In this document: piece after piece, positions 63,701 through 64,000 of the stretch
Layout of the letters: the number at the start of each line of letters is the position of its first letter
How positions within the stretch are numbered: the first letter of the stretch is position 1
Assembly: GCA_963555995.3 (NCBI GenBank)
Contig: OY821641.1
Span: forward strand, 3,328,001 to 3,392,000
DNA length: 64,000 nt
DNA from: Vicinamibacteria bacterium
GTDB lineage: Bacteria > Acidobacteriota > Vicinamibacteria > Marinacidobacterales > Marinacidobacteraceae
Direction: 5' to 3'
Position numbers and translations under genes: made by a program
Notes under the pieces: model-generated
Told to the model about the DNA's origin: nothing
The model's input: the letters and a program-made list of their open reading frames with translations, nothing else
Database searches by the model: none

Positions 63701-64000
63701 TCCGGCCAACATCAACTGGTAGTCGCTGCCACACACTCCCCCATAGACCCCCGTGCGGCTCCCCCGGAGACTCCCCGGGGCCAGCCCCGCGTCCTCCAGA
63801 GCCGCCCAACTCACCTCCAGCAACAACCGTTGCTGCGGGTCCAGCAACTCCGCCTCCACCGGCGCGATCCGGAAGAACTCCGCATCGAAGCGGTCCAGCC
63901 CCTCCACGTACCCCCCGAACGAACGCGCGGCCTCCGTCTCCGCGTCCACGAACAACCCGTCCGGACGACCCTCGGTCACCGCATCCAGCCCCGAACGGAG
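51623..64000 (-). CDS. Modular type I PKS (gene A), 5'-truncated by the window; last two modules plus C-terminal docking domain
   Basis: ORF-track 4118-aa protein. Its 'start' at 63979 is an internal GTG inside a KS, since the frame continues [13 protein letters not shown] to the window edge. Motifs: DTACSSS x2, [36 protein letters not shown], TGGLGGxG x2, LGMDSL x2. TGA at 51625-51623. Confidence 0.97.
51642..51650 (-). promoter_or_regulatory. Putative ribosome-binding site of gene B (GAGCGAGGA), within the 3' end of gene A
   Basis: The minus strand reads GAGCGAGG-ATGACG-ATGGCG, placing GAGG 6 nt upstream of the ATG at 51636. Confidence 0.55.
51750..58690 (-). other. PKS module A2: KS-AT0-DH-cMT-ER-KR(His)-ACP
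   Basis: [24 protein letters not shown]; AT remnant VWGCGAGEL; [12 protein letters not shown]; [13 protein letters not shown] and HVLHAT; [12 protein letters not shown]; [11 protein letters not shown]; [12 protein letters not shown]. Confidence 0.92.
58750..64000 (-). other. PKS module A1: KS-AT(full length)-DH-KR-ACP, no MT or ER
   Basis: KS DTACSSS / EAHGAGT / GHLEGAAG; AT GQGSQW, GHSAG (Ser 62171-62173), RRGELM, HAFQS; [12 protein letters not shown] and [10 protein letters not shown]; [19 protein letters not shown]; [12 protein letters not shown]. Confidence 0.92.

Noticed and set aside
1284-63809. Numerous Gly/Arg/Trp-rich short minus-strand ORFs and Pro/Ser/Thr-rich plus-strand ORFs
   Set aside because: Out-of-frame shadows of the G-rich PKS sequence. 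They recur with the module period and carry no independent motifs.
63977-63979. ORF-track start codon of the 4118-aa protein
   Set aside because: Internal GTG (Val) in the KS N-terminal region; the frame stays open to the window edge.
1-64000. CRISPR arrays, IS elements, tRNA/rRNA, terminators, NRPS or thioesterase domains, stand-alone AT
   Set aside because: There is no intergenic DNA and none of the diagnostic motifs were seen; all repeats are PKS domain duplications.

Overview
The whole 64-kb window is coding sequence from one very GC-rich, highly repetitive modular type I polyketide synthase (PKS) locus on the minus strand. There are only two real genes and both are cut by the window edges. 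Gene A (>64000..51623) contributes 2 modules. Gene B starts at 51636 and runs off the left edge with no in-frame stop (>=17,212 codons). The ORF track does not list it, and it holds 8 complete modules plus a ninth KS. Domain order in the direction of transcription: A1 KS-AT-DH-KR-ACP; A2 KS-AT0-DH-cMT-ER-KR-ACP | B1 KS-AT0-DH-cMT*-KR-ACP; B2 KS-AT0-DH-cMT-ER-KR-ACP; B3 KS-AT0-DH-cMT-KR0-ACP; B4, B5 and B6 KS-AT0-DH-cMT-ER-KR-ACP; B7 KS-AT0-DH-cMT-KR0-ACP; B8 KS-AT0-KR-ACP; B9 KS. Four features stand out. (1) Nine of the ten visible AT positions are identically inactivated remnants (GHSxG->GCGAG, ~100 aa small subdomain deleted), and the only full-length AT has HAFQ instead of HAFH plus a very basic helix, which looks like a cis-to-trans-AT intermediate. 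(2) Every non-KR0 ketoreductase paired with a methyltransferase has His in place of the catalytic Tyr. (3) Two keto-retaining KR0/cMT modules lie 27 kb apart. (4) Multi-kb near-identical repeats show a gene-conversion mosaic. The inferred product is a long, polymethyl-branched, largely reduced lipid-like polyketide. No RNA genes, mobile elements, CRISPR arrays, thioesterase or stand-alone AT were seen. Domain boundaries were read by eye and are approximate.
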